Made by a program: the position numbers and the translations under genes. A stretch of 64,000 nucleotides of DNA from Camelus ferus (lineage: Eukaryota): contig NC_045697.1 of the NCBI RefSeq assembly GCF_009834535.1, positions 41,046,001 to 41,110,000 on the forward strand. The letters are read 5' to 3'. Below are positions 51,570-64,000 of the stretch, in pieces; position 1 is the first letter of the stretch; each line of letters opens with the position of its first letter. The notes under the pieces were generated by a model. The model was not told where the DNA came from, ran no database searches, and saw only the letters and a program-made list of their open reading frames with translations.

Positions 51570-54500
51570 CTGCCCACCTGTGGGTCAGTGCCAGCCCTGG
51601 GCCCCCTAGGTACTACCGTCAGCTGCCCGGGGGCCAGGCCCACCTCCCAGTGGGCTGGCACTGGCTCTGGGATGCCCTAGGCTGTGCAGCAAGCTGCACT
51701 GGGCCCCAGCGCTGCCCGCCAGTGGGTCAGCAGCCGCCGCAGTAGGCAGGGCTGGGCAGGCAAAGGCTGCGGTCAGCCCTGCCTGACAGTGTGCCCAGCG
51801 TCGCTGGCCCTGCCGCAGAGGAAGGGCCCCTGCAGCCCTTGTAGGGGGAACCCCTAGAGTATATGGCTCTGGTGACCTGGTGGGAGTGTGCTGCTGGGCC
51901 CCACAGTACATCTCCTACCTAAGGCCACTTCTCTTGAGATTGGGAAATGTAACCAACCTACCTAATGTATACAAATAAACATGGAGAATTAGGCAGAATG
52001 AAGAGAGAGGGACGAGTATGTTCCAAACAAGGAACAAGACAAAGTCCCAGAAGAACAAAGTGTAGATAAGCAGTTTACCCAATAGAGTTTAAGGTAATGA
52101 CCATAAAGATGCTCAATAAACTCAGGAGAACAATGGATGACCCAGTGAGAAGTTTAACAAAGAGAATATATAAGGAACCAAACAGCTGAAGAATATAATA
52201 ACAAAAATAAAATATATACTACAAGGAATCAACAGTAGATGAGATGATACAGAGGAATGGATTAGGGAACTGAAAGACCAGTAGTGGAAATCACTGAAAC
52301 TGAACAGAAAAAAAATAATAGACAGTTTGAGACTTTCAGGACATCAAGTGTACTAACAGTCACATTATAGGGGTCATAGACGGAAGGGAGAGAGAACATA
52401 CCTGAAGGCATTAATAGCTGAAAACTTCCCTAATCTGGGAAAAGAGACATCCAGGTCCAGGAATCATAGTTCCAAAGAGGTCCACATTAAGATACATTGT
52501 AATTAAAATGGCAAAAAATTAGACTCTTAAAAGGAGCCAGGGAAAAGCAACTTTTCCCTGTAACTACAACACACAAGGGAATTCCCATGAGTATCGGCTG
52601 ACTTTTCAGTAGACACTCTGCAAGCCACAATGGTGTGGCATGAAATATTCAAAGTGATGAAAAAAACCTACAACAAAGAACACTCTATGCAGAAAGGCTA
52701 TCATTCAGGTTTGAAGGAGAGAGAGTTTTACAAAGAAGTAAAAGCTAAGAGTTCAGCATAACTAAACCAGTTGTACAAGAAATGCTAAGGAGATGTCTCT
52801 AAGTGGGAAAGAAAAGGCCACACTAGAAATATGAAAATTATGAAAGGAAAAATGTCATTGGTAAAGGCAAATATACAGTAAAGATAGTAGATTAACCACT
52901 TATAAAGCTAGTAGGAAAGTTGAAAGACAAAAGTAGTAAAATCATCTATAGCCACAATTAGTTAAGGGATACACAAAATAAAAAGATGTAAATATGATGT
53001 CAAGCACGTTAAATGTGGGGAGGGAAGTAAAAACGCATGGTGGTTACAATGCAAACTTAAGAGATCAACTTAAAATTATATACATATATGTTTGTTCCTA
53101 TATGTGTGTTTATATATATATAGTGTATATAGTTATATATACACTATATATATATACACTCATGGTAACTACAAACCAATAATCCGTAACAGATAGACAC
53201 ACACAAAAGAGAAGAGTCCAAACATAACAATAAAGCTAATCAAGTCATAAGTGAGCAAAAGAGGAATGTAACAAAAAAAAGAGCTTCAAAAACAATCAGA
53301 AAACAACGAAAAAAATGGCGATAAGTACATACCTATTAATAATTACTTTAAATGGATTAAATGCTCCAATCAAAAGACACAAAGTGGCTGAATGGATTAA
53401 AAAAAAGACATATATGCTGCCTATAAGAGACTCATTTTAGATCTAAAGACACACAAACTGAATAGAGGACTGAAAAAGGCATGCCATGCAAATGGAAAAC
53501 AAAAGCAAGCTGGGGTATCAATATTTATATCAGACAAGATAGACTTTAAAACAAAGATTGTAACAAGAGGGAAAGAAAGGCATTACATACTGATAAAGGA
53601 TCAATTCAACAAGAAGATAAAACAATTGTAAAAATATTGCGCCCAACATAGGAACACCTAAATACTTACAGCAAATATTAACAAGCAAAAGGGAGAAATT
53701 GACAGTTACACAATAACAGTAGGGAACTTTTAACACCTCACATCAATGGATAGATCATCCAAGTGGAAAATCAATAAGGAAACACTGGCTTTAAACGATG
53801 CATTAGATAAGAGGGACATGCATATACACGCACACATACAGAACATTCCATCCAAAGGCAGCAGAATACATGTTTTTTTTTCAAGGGCACATGGAAAATT
53901 CTCCACCATAAATCACTTGCTATGCCACAAAACAAGTCTCAGTAAATTTAAGATTGAAATCATATCAAGCAAGTTTTCTGACCACAATGCTGTGAGACTA
54001 GAAATAACTACAAAACAAAAACTGCAAAAACCACAAACATGGCGATTAAACAACATGCCACTAAACAACCAATGGATCACTGAAGAAACCAAATAGGAAA
54101 TAAAATAATACCTGGAGACAAATGAAAACAAAAATACAATAATCCAGAATCAATGGGATGCAGCAAAAATAGTTTTAAGAGGGAAGTTTATAGTGATACA
54201 AGCCTACCTCAGGAAACAGGAAAAATCTCAAACAACCTAATATTACAGTTAAGTAAATAAAAAAAGAAGACCAAACAAAACCCAAAATTAGTAGAAGGAA
54301 GGAAATAATAAAGATTAGAGCAGAAATAGAGACAAAAAAAAAAAAAAAAAAAGGAAAGAAAAAAGATCAATGAAACTAAGAACTTGTTCATTGAAAAGAT
54401 AAACAAAATTGATAAAACTTTAGCCAGATTTATGAAGAAAAAAAAGGGCCCAAATAAAATCAGAAATGAAAAAGAAGTTACAACCAACACCACAGAAATA

Positions 54501-56182
54501 CAAGGATCATAAGGGATTACTAAGAACAATTATATGCCAATAAAGTGGACAACCTAGAAGAAATGGACAAAGTCCTAGAAATGCACAATGTCCCAAGAAG
54601 AAACAGTAATGAAATTGAATCAGTATTTTCAAAAATCCCAACAAAAGTCCAGGACCGCTTTACAGGTGAATTGTACTAAACATCTAAAAAAGAGTTAACA
54701 CCTATCCTTCTCAAAACTGGTCCAAAAAATTAGAGGAAGGCATGCTTCTAAACTCATTCTATGAGGCCATCATCACCTTGTACTAAAACCAAAGACACCA
54801 CATACACCCACACAAAAGAAAATTACTGGCCAATATCACTGATGAGCATCAATAACAAAAATTCTCAAACAAATTCAACAGTACATTAAATGATTATATA
54901 CCATGATCAAATGGGATTTAGTCCAGGGAAGCAAGAATGGTTCAAGATCCACAAATCAATGTGATCACCATATTAACAAACTGAAGGATAAAAATCATGT
55001 GATCATCTCAGTAAATGCAGAAAAAGCTTATGACAAAATCCAACATCTATTTATGATAAAAACTCTCCAGAAAGTGGGTATAGAGGGACCATACCTCAAA
55101 ATAATAATGGCCAAATATGACAAGCCCAGAGCTGACATCATACTCAATGATAAAAAGCTGAAAGTATTTCCTCTAAGATTAGGAACAAGACAAGGATGCC
55201 CACTCTTGCCACTTCTATTCAACATAGTATTTGAAGTCTTCCCCATAGCAATCAGACAAAAACAAAACAAAACAAAACAACCCAGTTTGGAAAGGAAGAA
55301 GTAAAACTTTCACTGTTTGCAGATGACATGATGCTATACATAGAAAATCCTAACACACCACCAAAAAACTAAACTCATCAATGAATTTGGTAAAGTTGCA
55401 GGATATAAAATTAATATATAGAAATCTGTTTTGTTTCTATATACTAACAACAAACTATCAGAAAGAGAAAATTGACAGAACAACCCCATTTACAATCGCA
55501 TCAAAAAAATAAAATACTTAGGAGTAAATCTAAGGAGGTAAAAGAACTGTAACTCGGAAAACTGTAAGACACTGATGAAAGAAGTGAAGATGACACAAAC
55601 AAATAGAAAGATATTGTTAAAATGACTGTACTACCCAAGGCAATCCCTATCAAAATACCAATGGTATTTTTCACTGAACTAGAACAAATAATTCTAAAAT
55701 TTGTATTGAAATTCAGAAGACCCCAAATAGTCAAAACAATCTTAAAAAAAACAAAGGTGGAAGCATCATGGCCCTTTATTTCAAATGATACTACAAATCT
55801 ACAGTAATAAAAATTGTATGGTACTGGCACAAAAACAGATCAATGGAACAGAACAGACAGTGTAGAAATGAACCCACACTTCTATGTGCCATTAATCTAT
55901 GACAAAGGAGGCGAGAATATATAATGTGGAAAAGACACTCTTCAATAAGTGGCATTGGGAAAACTGGACAGCTACATGCAAAAGATCAAGCTGGACTATT
56001 TCTCACACCATACACAAAAATAAACTCAAAATGAATTAAAGACTTAAATATAAGACCTGCAACCATGAAGCTTCTGGAAGAAGACACAGGTGGTATGTTC
56101 CTTGACATCAGTCTCAGCAATGTCGTTTTGGATCTGCCTCCTCAGGAAGGGAAAACAAAAGCAAAAATAAGCAAATGGGACC
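51570..56182 (+). mobile_element. Degenerate L1 (~4.6 kb): GC-rich 5' region, ORF1, and ORF2 EN/RT with many frameshifts; 3' end missing
   Basis: ORF fragments MDRSSKWKINKETLALN.., [40 protein letters not shown] (FADDM). Confidence 0.92.
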
Positions 56183-56719
56183 ACAGCTGACATTCCTGAA
56201 CTGCAGAATCAATTCCAGCGAAGTCTACTTCCAAACTGGTTTTCTTAAGGGAAGAAATCTCTAATCTGTGTAAGCCTGTTTGATTAGTTTTTGGTTACTT
56301 GCAGTCAAATGCAGTTCCAAGTTGATACATTAAATTTTAAACTGGCTTTAAAATCTTATGCAGGTTTGTTATATTTATCACCAGCATAACAAGTTACCTT
56401 GAATTATATAAAATGGGAACACATTTTCTTACTGTCTAGGTATCTGACTAAAGGACAGCTTTGGTGAATTGTTAATCTCTTGAATGTATCACATTGCGTG
56501 TAGATAACTAGTCATTTTAAAACCAAGAGCTCTAGCAGGCTAATGGAACCACAGTTGTGAACACCTTGCCCTTTCTCAGCAGTTACTTCCCTTTTTATCA
56601 TAATTCAGAAATACTTCTACTAATGACATCTAACAAAGTTTTGATTTGGAGACAAGGTGATGTTTCCAATCCTGAGGTGCTCAGGACTGTTCTAAGGTAC
56701 ATTCTTCTAGAATATACAA

Positions 56720-57170
56720 CTTTAGCTCAGTTTTATAAATAGACTCCATCACAACTCGTGCTTCTCCTTCTACAGCACAGAGTTGTCTGTCGCTGGGAAA
56801 CAGCTGCTCAGCCAACTCACTTCCCAGCTTTCTTGTGCTCAGGGGCACTGTTTGAGTAATTCTTGCTGACGGAATGAATGGCAGTGATGCACTTCACTTC
56901 CAGGCCTGTCTGGTTCATAAAGTCCCCCACAGGTGGCCCTCCATACCCTTTCACCCCTTTCTGGCTGGAGAAATGGAGACAATTTCCGGGATGAAAAGCT
57001 ATGTGTTGATTACAGAACCTCCATCAGCCTGGGTTCCTAACTGTTGGAGGGAGGAGAGCTGCCCTGTTGAGCTGTTCTCCTGCCCAGAACTGTTAGATAC
57101 CTAGAAATAAGCTTCTATTATGTTTGAGCCATTCTATGTTTGGGTGTGTATTTTATGGTACTTAGCTAGC
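56720..57170. mobile_element. MLT1-type LTR remnant
   Basis: Ends AGAAATAAGCTTCTATTATGTTTGAGCCATT; approximate. Confidence 0.5.
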
Positions 57171-58452
57171 TAACGTGTGTTAGGAGCCAAGTCCTGTTTA
57201 TTCATTCGCTACCTGGCACTGTGGCATCACCGTGCTTTCTAACCAGCGTGCCCCTAGCAAGTGGCTAACCCTGTTCCGAGGTAGTGGAGCCACCTCCCAG
57301 ACGAGGAGGGCGACATGTTTACTATAATGAAGTTTCCATTCAGGGTTTGTAAACCGAAACCCGCATTTTCTTCCCCTAGTTTCCATTTCCTAGCTACATT
57401 CTTTCCAGAAAAAGGATCTTTCTCCAGCTTCCCCCCTCCCCTCTCTGTTGACTTCAGATGGTAGCTAATCACCTCCAGCTGTACTGGCTCCTGGAGCCCT
57501 GCTGGCCTGGTTTCCTGTCATTATGACAGGAAAACAAAGTCTCATGATTCCAACTCACTCGGACAGGAATTTCTAAATATCTTTTTAAAGCCATAGAACC
57601 CCCCCCTACCCAATGAAATCCTTAGCTATAACCCAGTCTGTAAAAACTCTTCTGATTGAAGTGGGAATGATGGTGGTGGTACTTCTCTTGCCAGATTCAG
57701 AGCTACTTCTGAGGAAGGAGTCACACCTGCTTCCTGTGAGGAGTCACACACACCGTTCTGGGGTTTTGTGCATTTCCTGGTACCGTCTTCTGCCCTCAGA
57801 TAACCTCAGCTCTTCAGGTGCAGGTCCCAGCAAATCGTCGCACTCGGGTAACATCTGAAATTCCAGTTAACTAGCTCAGAATTGGTCGCTCCTATGAGGA
57901 TGAGCCAAGCAGTTTCCTTGGTCTAGGGGTGGCGTCACTCACGGCGGGGTTCAGTAGCACTGTCAGAATTAGGAGTCCGGGACCCTTGCTCAGCGCTGAG
58001 CATCAGAAGCAGGTTCTTTGAAGCCATCTCTTTCCCTTCAGGCAGACCAAATATAAACCTCCCAGGTGGTGTGATCTTGTTTTCTTTCATTACCCCTTGT
58101 CAGCCAAGATAGAAAACTCTGAGTTTTATTACAACGAGGACTTGAAAACTCTGATTTATGTATCAGTTAGGCTCACAGGAAGGCGGTAGGAAGTGAGACT
58201 GAAGTTCTTAACCACTGTTGTCCAGTACCTGACCCTCACCATCAAATCAGACCTTGGCGAAGGTCTCCCAGGCTTTCTGACAACACTCCCGGTCCCTGGG
58301 GCTGGCACAGCTGGGACCAAGGGGGAAGATGGGGAGTTGGGGTCCAGAAGTTCCTGCCTTTCCAGGGGCCGGGATGTCGTTAAAAATAGCACACTGAAAA
58401 TGTTTAATTTGTCTGCACACACTTTTGGCTTGTTCATGTTTTAAGGTGTATT

Positions 58453-58458
58453 TTTATT
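58453..58458 (-). terminator. PTPN13: Candidate distal poly(A) signal (AATAAA) of PTPN13
   Basis: TTTATT on + about 590 nt past the stop, at the end of an AU-rich 3' UTR; further copies at 58678-58683 and 58886-58891. Confidence 0.65.
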
Positions 58459-59044
58459 TACAAAGTGAGATGATATTGTATAACAGATGATGCAGTTACA
58501 AATGTATCTGATATCTCCATTTTCATGAAAAAGTATATAAATATATTACAGGAAGTTCTATATAGTAAACATTAGAACTGATACAGTAAACATTTGCTAC
58601 CTGTTTTTCTATGCCAATATTACTGTCATTTAAAGCTTAAATACTGGTTTCAAGTATCCCCTATAAAATAACTCTAGTTTATTAAAATACTGGAAAATAA
58701 TTTTGCTATAAACAAGATTGGTGCATTAAAAACATACTTGGTGTGTCCTGGTAACAATGTCAACTATAATCAAATGCTGCCTTAATCATCCCTAAAATTT
58801 GCATTATTCAGTTAGTGTTAAAAAAATCTTTAATAATTATCACAGGTTAAAGTAGCTGTAAAAAAAATACAGCATTTCAACATTATTTATTGTTACTAAG
58901 AATGCCCCTCTAAGGTAGAGGAGAATAAGCCTAACGATGTTGTATGGACTTGATGCCCTGTGATCTTTGTTTTAAATAGAGAGCAGGAGTGTCTGCTGAA
59001 GTTAGGAGGGAAATGGACAGACATCAGAGGCTGTTCTGTCCATG

Positions 59045-59140
59045 TCATTTCAGGGGCTGGGGCTGCTCTCTTAGCTCTTCTTCTGCTTGAAGGCGTGTCA
59101 GGACGTAAAGGATGACTTGATAGCAGAAAATATATTGATC
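59045..59140 (-). CDS. PTPN13: PTPN13 last coding exon (DQYIFCYQVILYVLTRLQAEEELREQPQPLK*)
   Basis: Minus-strand acceptor CTATAG|, TGA stop; 96 nt. Confidence 0.95.
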   Translation of the reverse strand, partial: DQYIFCYQVILYVLTRLQAEEELREQPQPLK

Positions 59141-59850
59141 CTATAGCAAAACAAAACAAAACAAAGTAAAACAAAACAAAAAAACAGGGAGAGGGAAAGA
59201 AGACTTTAGATGTATAATGTGAATATTACATATATATGTATCTTCACTATAGGAAGTGATGTTTGAGTAATTTTGAAAATATGGAAAAATTATCTTATAG
59301 GGTTGAATGTAAGAAGCAGGATATTGAACTGTGCAGTGTCATAAAAACGGTAAGAGACAGAAACCAGATTGAGATAGAGGAGGGAAAGGGCCTTGGGGGT
59401 GGGTGGGTGAGTGCTAACTGAAATTGTCTCTGATTCATGGGCCACTTCTATTCTTTGTGCTTTGGTGATATTTATGATTTACTTTTATAATGGAAAAATA
59501 AACTTCCTAAAAAATTTCTTCTAGACTCTGAACTCATCTTGATGTTTTGAAATGTCAAGAAATTAATACCCAAGAAGCTACACAAAAGAATTGTCTTGAA
59601 ATGTTAACAACTCTGAAGAAGAGGAATACACACAACTGTTTTATTGTTTCCTTTTTGCTAATCTGAATTCTAACTTGCCCACATTTATCCTTGACTCTCT
59701 CACACCACAAACAGCCCACCAGCCGACACTTGACGTAACGTCCTCCTCTCCCTGTATCCACACCCACCACTCCAGTCGGGGCCACCACAGCGTCCACCTG
59801 GCCCACCTCCCGCTTCTAACCCTGCACCCTCCTTCCCAAATCGGGTCATG

Positions 59851-60381
59851 TTTTTTTTTTTTTTTAAATAACATTTTAAATTTTTATTTTAATTTAAAAC
59901 AATTTTTAAGGTTTTTGATTGAGTTATAATCATTTTACAATGTTGTGTCAAATTCCAGTGTAGAGCACAATTTTTCAGTTATACATGAACATACATATTC
60001 ATTGTCATTTTTTTCTCTGTGAACTACCATAAGATCTTGTATATATTTCCCTGTGCTATACAGTACAATCTTGTTTATCTAGTCTAAACTTTGAAATCCC
60101 AGTCTGTCCCTTCCCACCCTCAGCCCCCTTGGCAACCACAAGTTTGTATTCTATGTCTATGAGTCTGTTTCTGTTTTGTATTTATGTTTTGTTTTTGTTT
60201 TTTTTTTTAGATTCCACATATGAGCGATCTCATGTGGTATTTTTCTTTCTCTTTCTGGCTTACTTCACTTAGAATGACATTCTCCAGTAACATCCATGTT
60301 GCCGCAAATGGCGTTATGTTGTCGGTTGAATAGTATTTATACAATGGAATACTATTCAAACAACAACAAATGCCATTTGTG
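59851..60381 (-). mobile_element. 5'-truncated young L1 3' end with an inverted 5' segment, inserted in an L2 in the last PTPN13 intron
   Basis: ATTGAGTTATAATCATTTTACAATGTTGTGTCAAATTCCAGTG..; inverted copy at 60340-60381. Confidence 0.8.
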
Positions 60382-61661
60382 AGTTTCGTTTTAATACAGC
60401 AGCCAGAGTGGTCCTTGAAAATGTGTCAGGTCATGTCACTCATACTGACAATCCTGTGATGGCTCCATTTTTCTGAGGGGAAGGCCCATGCCCTGGACCT
60501 GTCACCTCCTCTCACAGCTCCCCTCCTCTCCTTCCACCTCAGCCACACTAGCCGGGACTATTCTGGAACACACAAGACCCACTCCCACCTTGGACTTCCT
60601 GAGAGGCTCTCACTCCCGGACATCTGCATGACCCCTTCCTTCAAATCTTAGCTCAAGGTTACCTCCTCAGTGCTGCCACCCTATTTAAAATAGCACCCCA
60701 CCTGCCATGGCTCATCCTTTAGCGTACGCTTTGTTTCTCCTCTAAAGCATGTATCACTTTCAAAGATCCCAGACGATTTCCTTTTTAATGGGTTTATTAC
60801 CTGCCTTCCTCATCACCATCCCCTAGAAGATCTTTGTTGTTCTAGCAGGGATCTTGTTCACTGATACGCTCCAAGCATGTAGAAAAGTGCCCGATACAAA
60901 GCAGGCACTCGATAAATATCTGCTGAATGAGTGAACTTCCCAAGTCTAAAAAACTGCTGACACAAATCAATGTTTTCTTTACTTACAAAATGTGACTGTC
61001 AATCAGCTTAATATTTAGGACACACATATATATATATATATGAAGGGAAAGAAGGCACATTCTAATTTTGATGACAGTAAACTTCCATATTCTTCAAGAG
61101 ATAGAGAAATATGAATTTGTAGATATATGAAAAGAGCTTCTTCCACATTCTTCCCCCAACACATCACAGAAAGGGTAGTGAAACTACGCAGAGTAGACAG
61201 ACACTGTAAGTAATGCAGTCCCTGTGAAGGACCCATGTCTGTAGGTTGGTGGCTGATATAACTCATGTTTTGACTTCAGGTCAGAGAAATGAAAATGATC
61301 AAAACAGGGTAAATGAACGCACCCATTCATTCTTCCCCAAGGGTGCCTTCTCCAAGCTAAGCAACTCCAGCCTCCCTTCCTGCCTTCTGGTCAATGCTGC
61401 TGATTCTACTCTCTCTCAGGAAGTTTCTGGAGCAAAAATTTTGCCTTCTATTTCTTTTTTATGTTGGAAATGGGGAAGGAGTGCCACTAATTACGTGTTA
61501 TTTTGTACTACTCCAAATTTTTGCCCCAATTCTCTGTAATCTATTCATTGTGGATTTTGCATTTCCTCATTTTTTAAACTATAAGGCAACATTAAAAAAA
61601 AAAAGCCTAGAAATACTTTCACAAAAACCCAATTCAATAGAAGTAAATAGCCAACACTCAC

Positions 61662-61724
61662 CTCTGTCTGAACCATTCCATGTCTTTGTAGTCTCATGCA
61701 GCGCACTAAATCAGAGATGTCAAA
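61662..61724 (-). CDS. PTPN13: PTPN13 penultimate coding exon (FDISDLVRCMRLQRHGMVQTE, Q-loop)
   Basis: Minus-strand CAG| ... |GTGAGT; 63 nt. Confidence 0.96.
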
Positions 61725-62731
61725 CTGCCAAAGGACACAGAATCTGATGTTATATAAAAAGGGTAACTGAATTTGACCCCCAAAGAGTGACCAAGGAGTG
61801 GCTTATAAGGATTTCTGCACCTCAATCTCCTTCCCCTTCTAGCAGTCCTGGGAAACTGTTCTGTTCACAGTAAGTTGGTGAGCTGACTTTGCTAACATTT
61901 GATAATTTTATTTATGATTTCTCTAAGAACTATGAAGGCTATTCTGTTGGAAAATCCCCAAAAGAAATTCTCTTCTCTCTGAAATTTGACTATTTTCTAA
62001 TATCTTCATTAAAAAAAAAAAAAACCACAAGGCAAATTATTTTCCCTACATTTTGCTATTCAGAATAAAATTCCTAATCTTTTCATTTTCACTGATATTT
62101 AACAGTTTGAGAACAACAGACTGTTTCATTTTGTCTTACTTAAATGATCATGGGAGATATGAATGTGAAGAGCAAGATAGCACTGTTTTTTTTTTAAACA
62201 AATTCTTCAAGAGACAATGATTTTAATTACATATTATGTACAGTAAGATATTCTAACATTTTAAGTATGATTTATATTGATTTAGGTTTTAAGTAAGATT
62301 TGTCAATTTATCAATTTGTATAACAGAAATATATTTCCCAACTATAGGAAATAATAACAAGAATATAAGCTTTTCCATTTCAAAAATAGATTTTCTTTTG
62401 TGCTTCAATATTTCTATCCCTAAACAACAATGACTATCTTACACAAGCCTAAAGACTATATAGAGTAAAATGCAATACTGCATAAGGGGCTTTGAGCACA
62501 TGGTTAATAAAACCCAGTAAAATACATATGTTTGAGGTATTACTTCTTCTTCATGATGGCGTATGTGGTTTTGAATGTTTTCTAAAAAACAATTTTATGT
62601 AGTAGGAAAATTAAGTCATTTATACATACTTTATAAATAAAATAAATTCTGAGATCACAACGCATTATTAAAAAATTGGACTCCATGTTATTTCTAGTCA
62701 AATACTTGTTTAGCCTATAACTTGTACTCAC

Positions 62732-62947
62732 TTCAAGATCTTGACTGATTAATCCTAGAACCACATCTATGCATATCAGGGTCCCGGAACGTCCAATGCC
62801 AGCGCTGCAGTGTGTGATGATGGGGCCCGATCTGTGAATGTGTCTCATGTAAGAGATAAAAGTGAGCAGGTCGTCTGGCTGAGAAGGTGTATCGTGGTCT
62901 GGCCAGGCAGTGAAGTTCAGATGAGAAATATGTCGCACCTCTCCTGT
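62732..62947 (-). CDS. PTPN13: PTPN13 catalytic-domain exon (WPD loop and HCSAGIGRSG); gene continues beyond the window
   Basis: TGEVRHISHLNFTAWPDHDTP...HCSAGIGRSGTLICID; TTTCAG| ... |GTGAGT; 216 nt. Confidence 0.97.
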
Positions 62948-64000
62948 CTGAAATTATGTGACAGAACAAGTAGATAAAGGCATATTATGTTGTCCACATA
63001 TAACTGCCTCTTAATATTATTTTATCCTTTTAAATTCTGACTTGTCCATTGGACAAGTAGAAGAGACAAGAAGACTCCATCAAACAGCACACAGAGGGCC
63101 TTTATCAAGGAGGCTGCTAGGTCCACACTTTAAATATTGGTAAAAACTACTTTTTGGAAACTCTAAAAACAAACTACAGTTTGATATGAACAACCACCTT
63201 TTTGTAATGATCCCATTTCAAATTCACCTCAGATAAAAGCCCCAATCATTGCAGTGGCTTGTAAGCCACACACGATGTGGCCAGGCTACCTCTCAGACCT
63301 ACTGTCTTCGTCCTGGCCATGTCACTCCAGCTGTAGGGACCTTGAAAAATACGGGGCACAGTTCAGTCTCAGGGCCTTTGCACTTGCTCTTTTGGACTGA
63401 AATGCTCCCCTCCCCCTCAGATATCCCTGTGGCTCACTCAAGTCCTTCGTGGTTCTTCCACAGCATCATCAACAGCAGTATCTTCTCATTAGGAAGTAAG
63501 CTCTCTGAGGTCAGGGATTTCCTTTTATTTGTGTCGTTAACTGCTGAACCCCTCGATTCCATAATAGGGCCTAAGCTCTATAAACATGTGTTGATTAAAT
63601 AAACAAATCCTTTAAGGAATACTGAACCACTGTGCTGGCATCGGCAATGGGTAGGCTGGTACAAAGGAATGACGAGACGTAATCTTGAGTTCTTTGTAAA
63701 ATCACAAATCAAAAATGATAAAGGAAATTCTCAGGCTATGTTGACATGCCACCAGTAAAACTGAGTCAGAATGCTTTGTTTCTATGTAAGTAAAATTATT
63801 CTGTTTCTTTAAGAAAGCTAAAACTCCAATAGGGAACACGTTACTCACACAGAGCTAGTGTTACTGGGCGGGGGAGGAAGTAAGGTGAGGGGTGTGGAGA
63901 TGCGGAGACGGCAGCAGCTTCACCCTCTCATCTAATTCAGGCTACATGTACTCAGTGCTTAGGGGCTGCAATAGGAATTGCAACAAACATTTATGCTACA

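Noticed and set aside
53746..55807. Reverse transcriptase/endonuclease-like ORFs
   Set aside because: Frameshifted pieces of a dead L1 ORF2; not a novel RT system.
62800..62905. WPDHD instead of canonical WPDxG in the phosphatase loop
   Set aside because: Same as recalled human PTPN13; a normal feature of this orthologue group.

Overview
Mammalian genomic DNA, probably camelid (inferred from the tRNA-derived SINE and the young L1 3' ends; not verified). It covers the conserved C4orf36 - SLC10A6 - PTPN13 neighbourhood. Three genes were reconstructed by hand from splice sites and reading frames. (1) C4orf36 (+), downstream of a CpG island at ~8.2-9.35 kb: three coding exons, intact 117-aa ORF. 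(2) SLC10A6/SOAT (+): six coding exons, 30956-48910, 379 aa. (3) The last three coding exons and 3' UTR of PTPN13 (-), converging on SLC10A6. The rest is mostly interspersed repeats (L1, L2, MIR, MLT/ERV LTRs, Tigger1, MER, SINEs); their family names and boundaries are approximate. No prokaryotic-type systems or CRISPR arrays are present. Most notable observations: SLC10A6 carries three apparent lesions (Trp at the Arg equivalent to NTCP R252, Leu at a conserved Pro65, and a 1-nt frameshift replacing the C-terminal tail); a chain of phase-1 exon-like segments could link C4orf36 to the SLC10A6 leader; a strong-Kozak uORF lies just before the SLC10A6 start; a 341-bp TSD-flanked element fuses an L1 5' end directly to an L1 3' end; and there is an unidentified poly(A)-tailed, TSD-flanked retro-insertion. 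All orthologue comparisons are from memory and need alignment to confirm.
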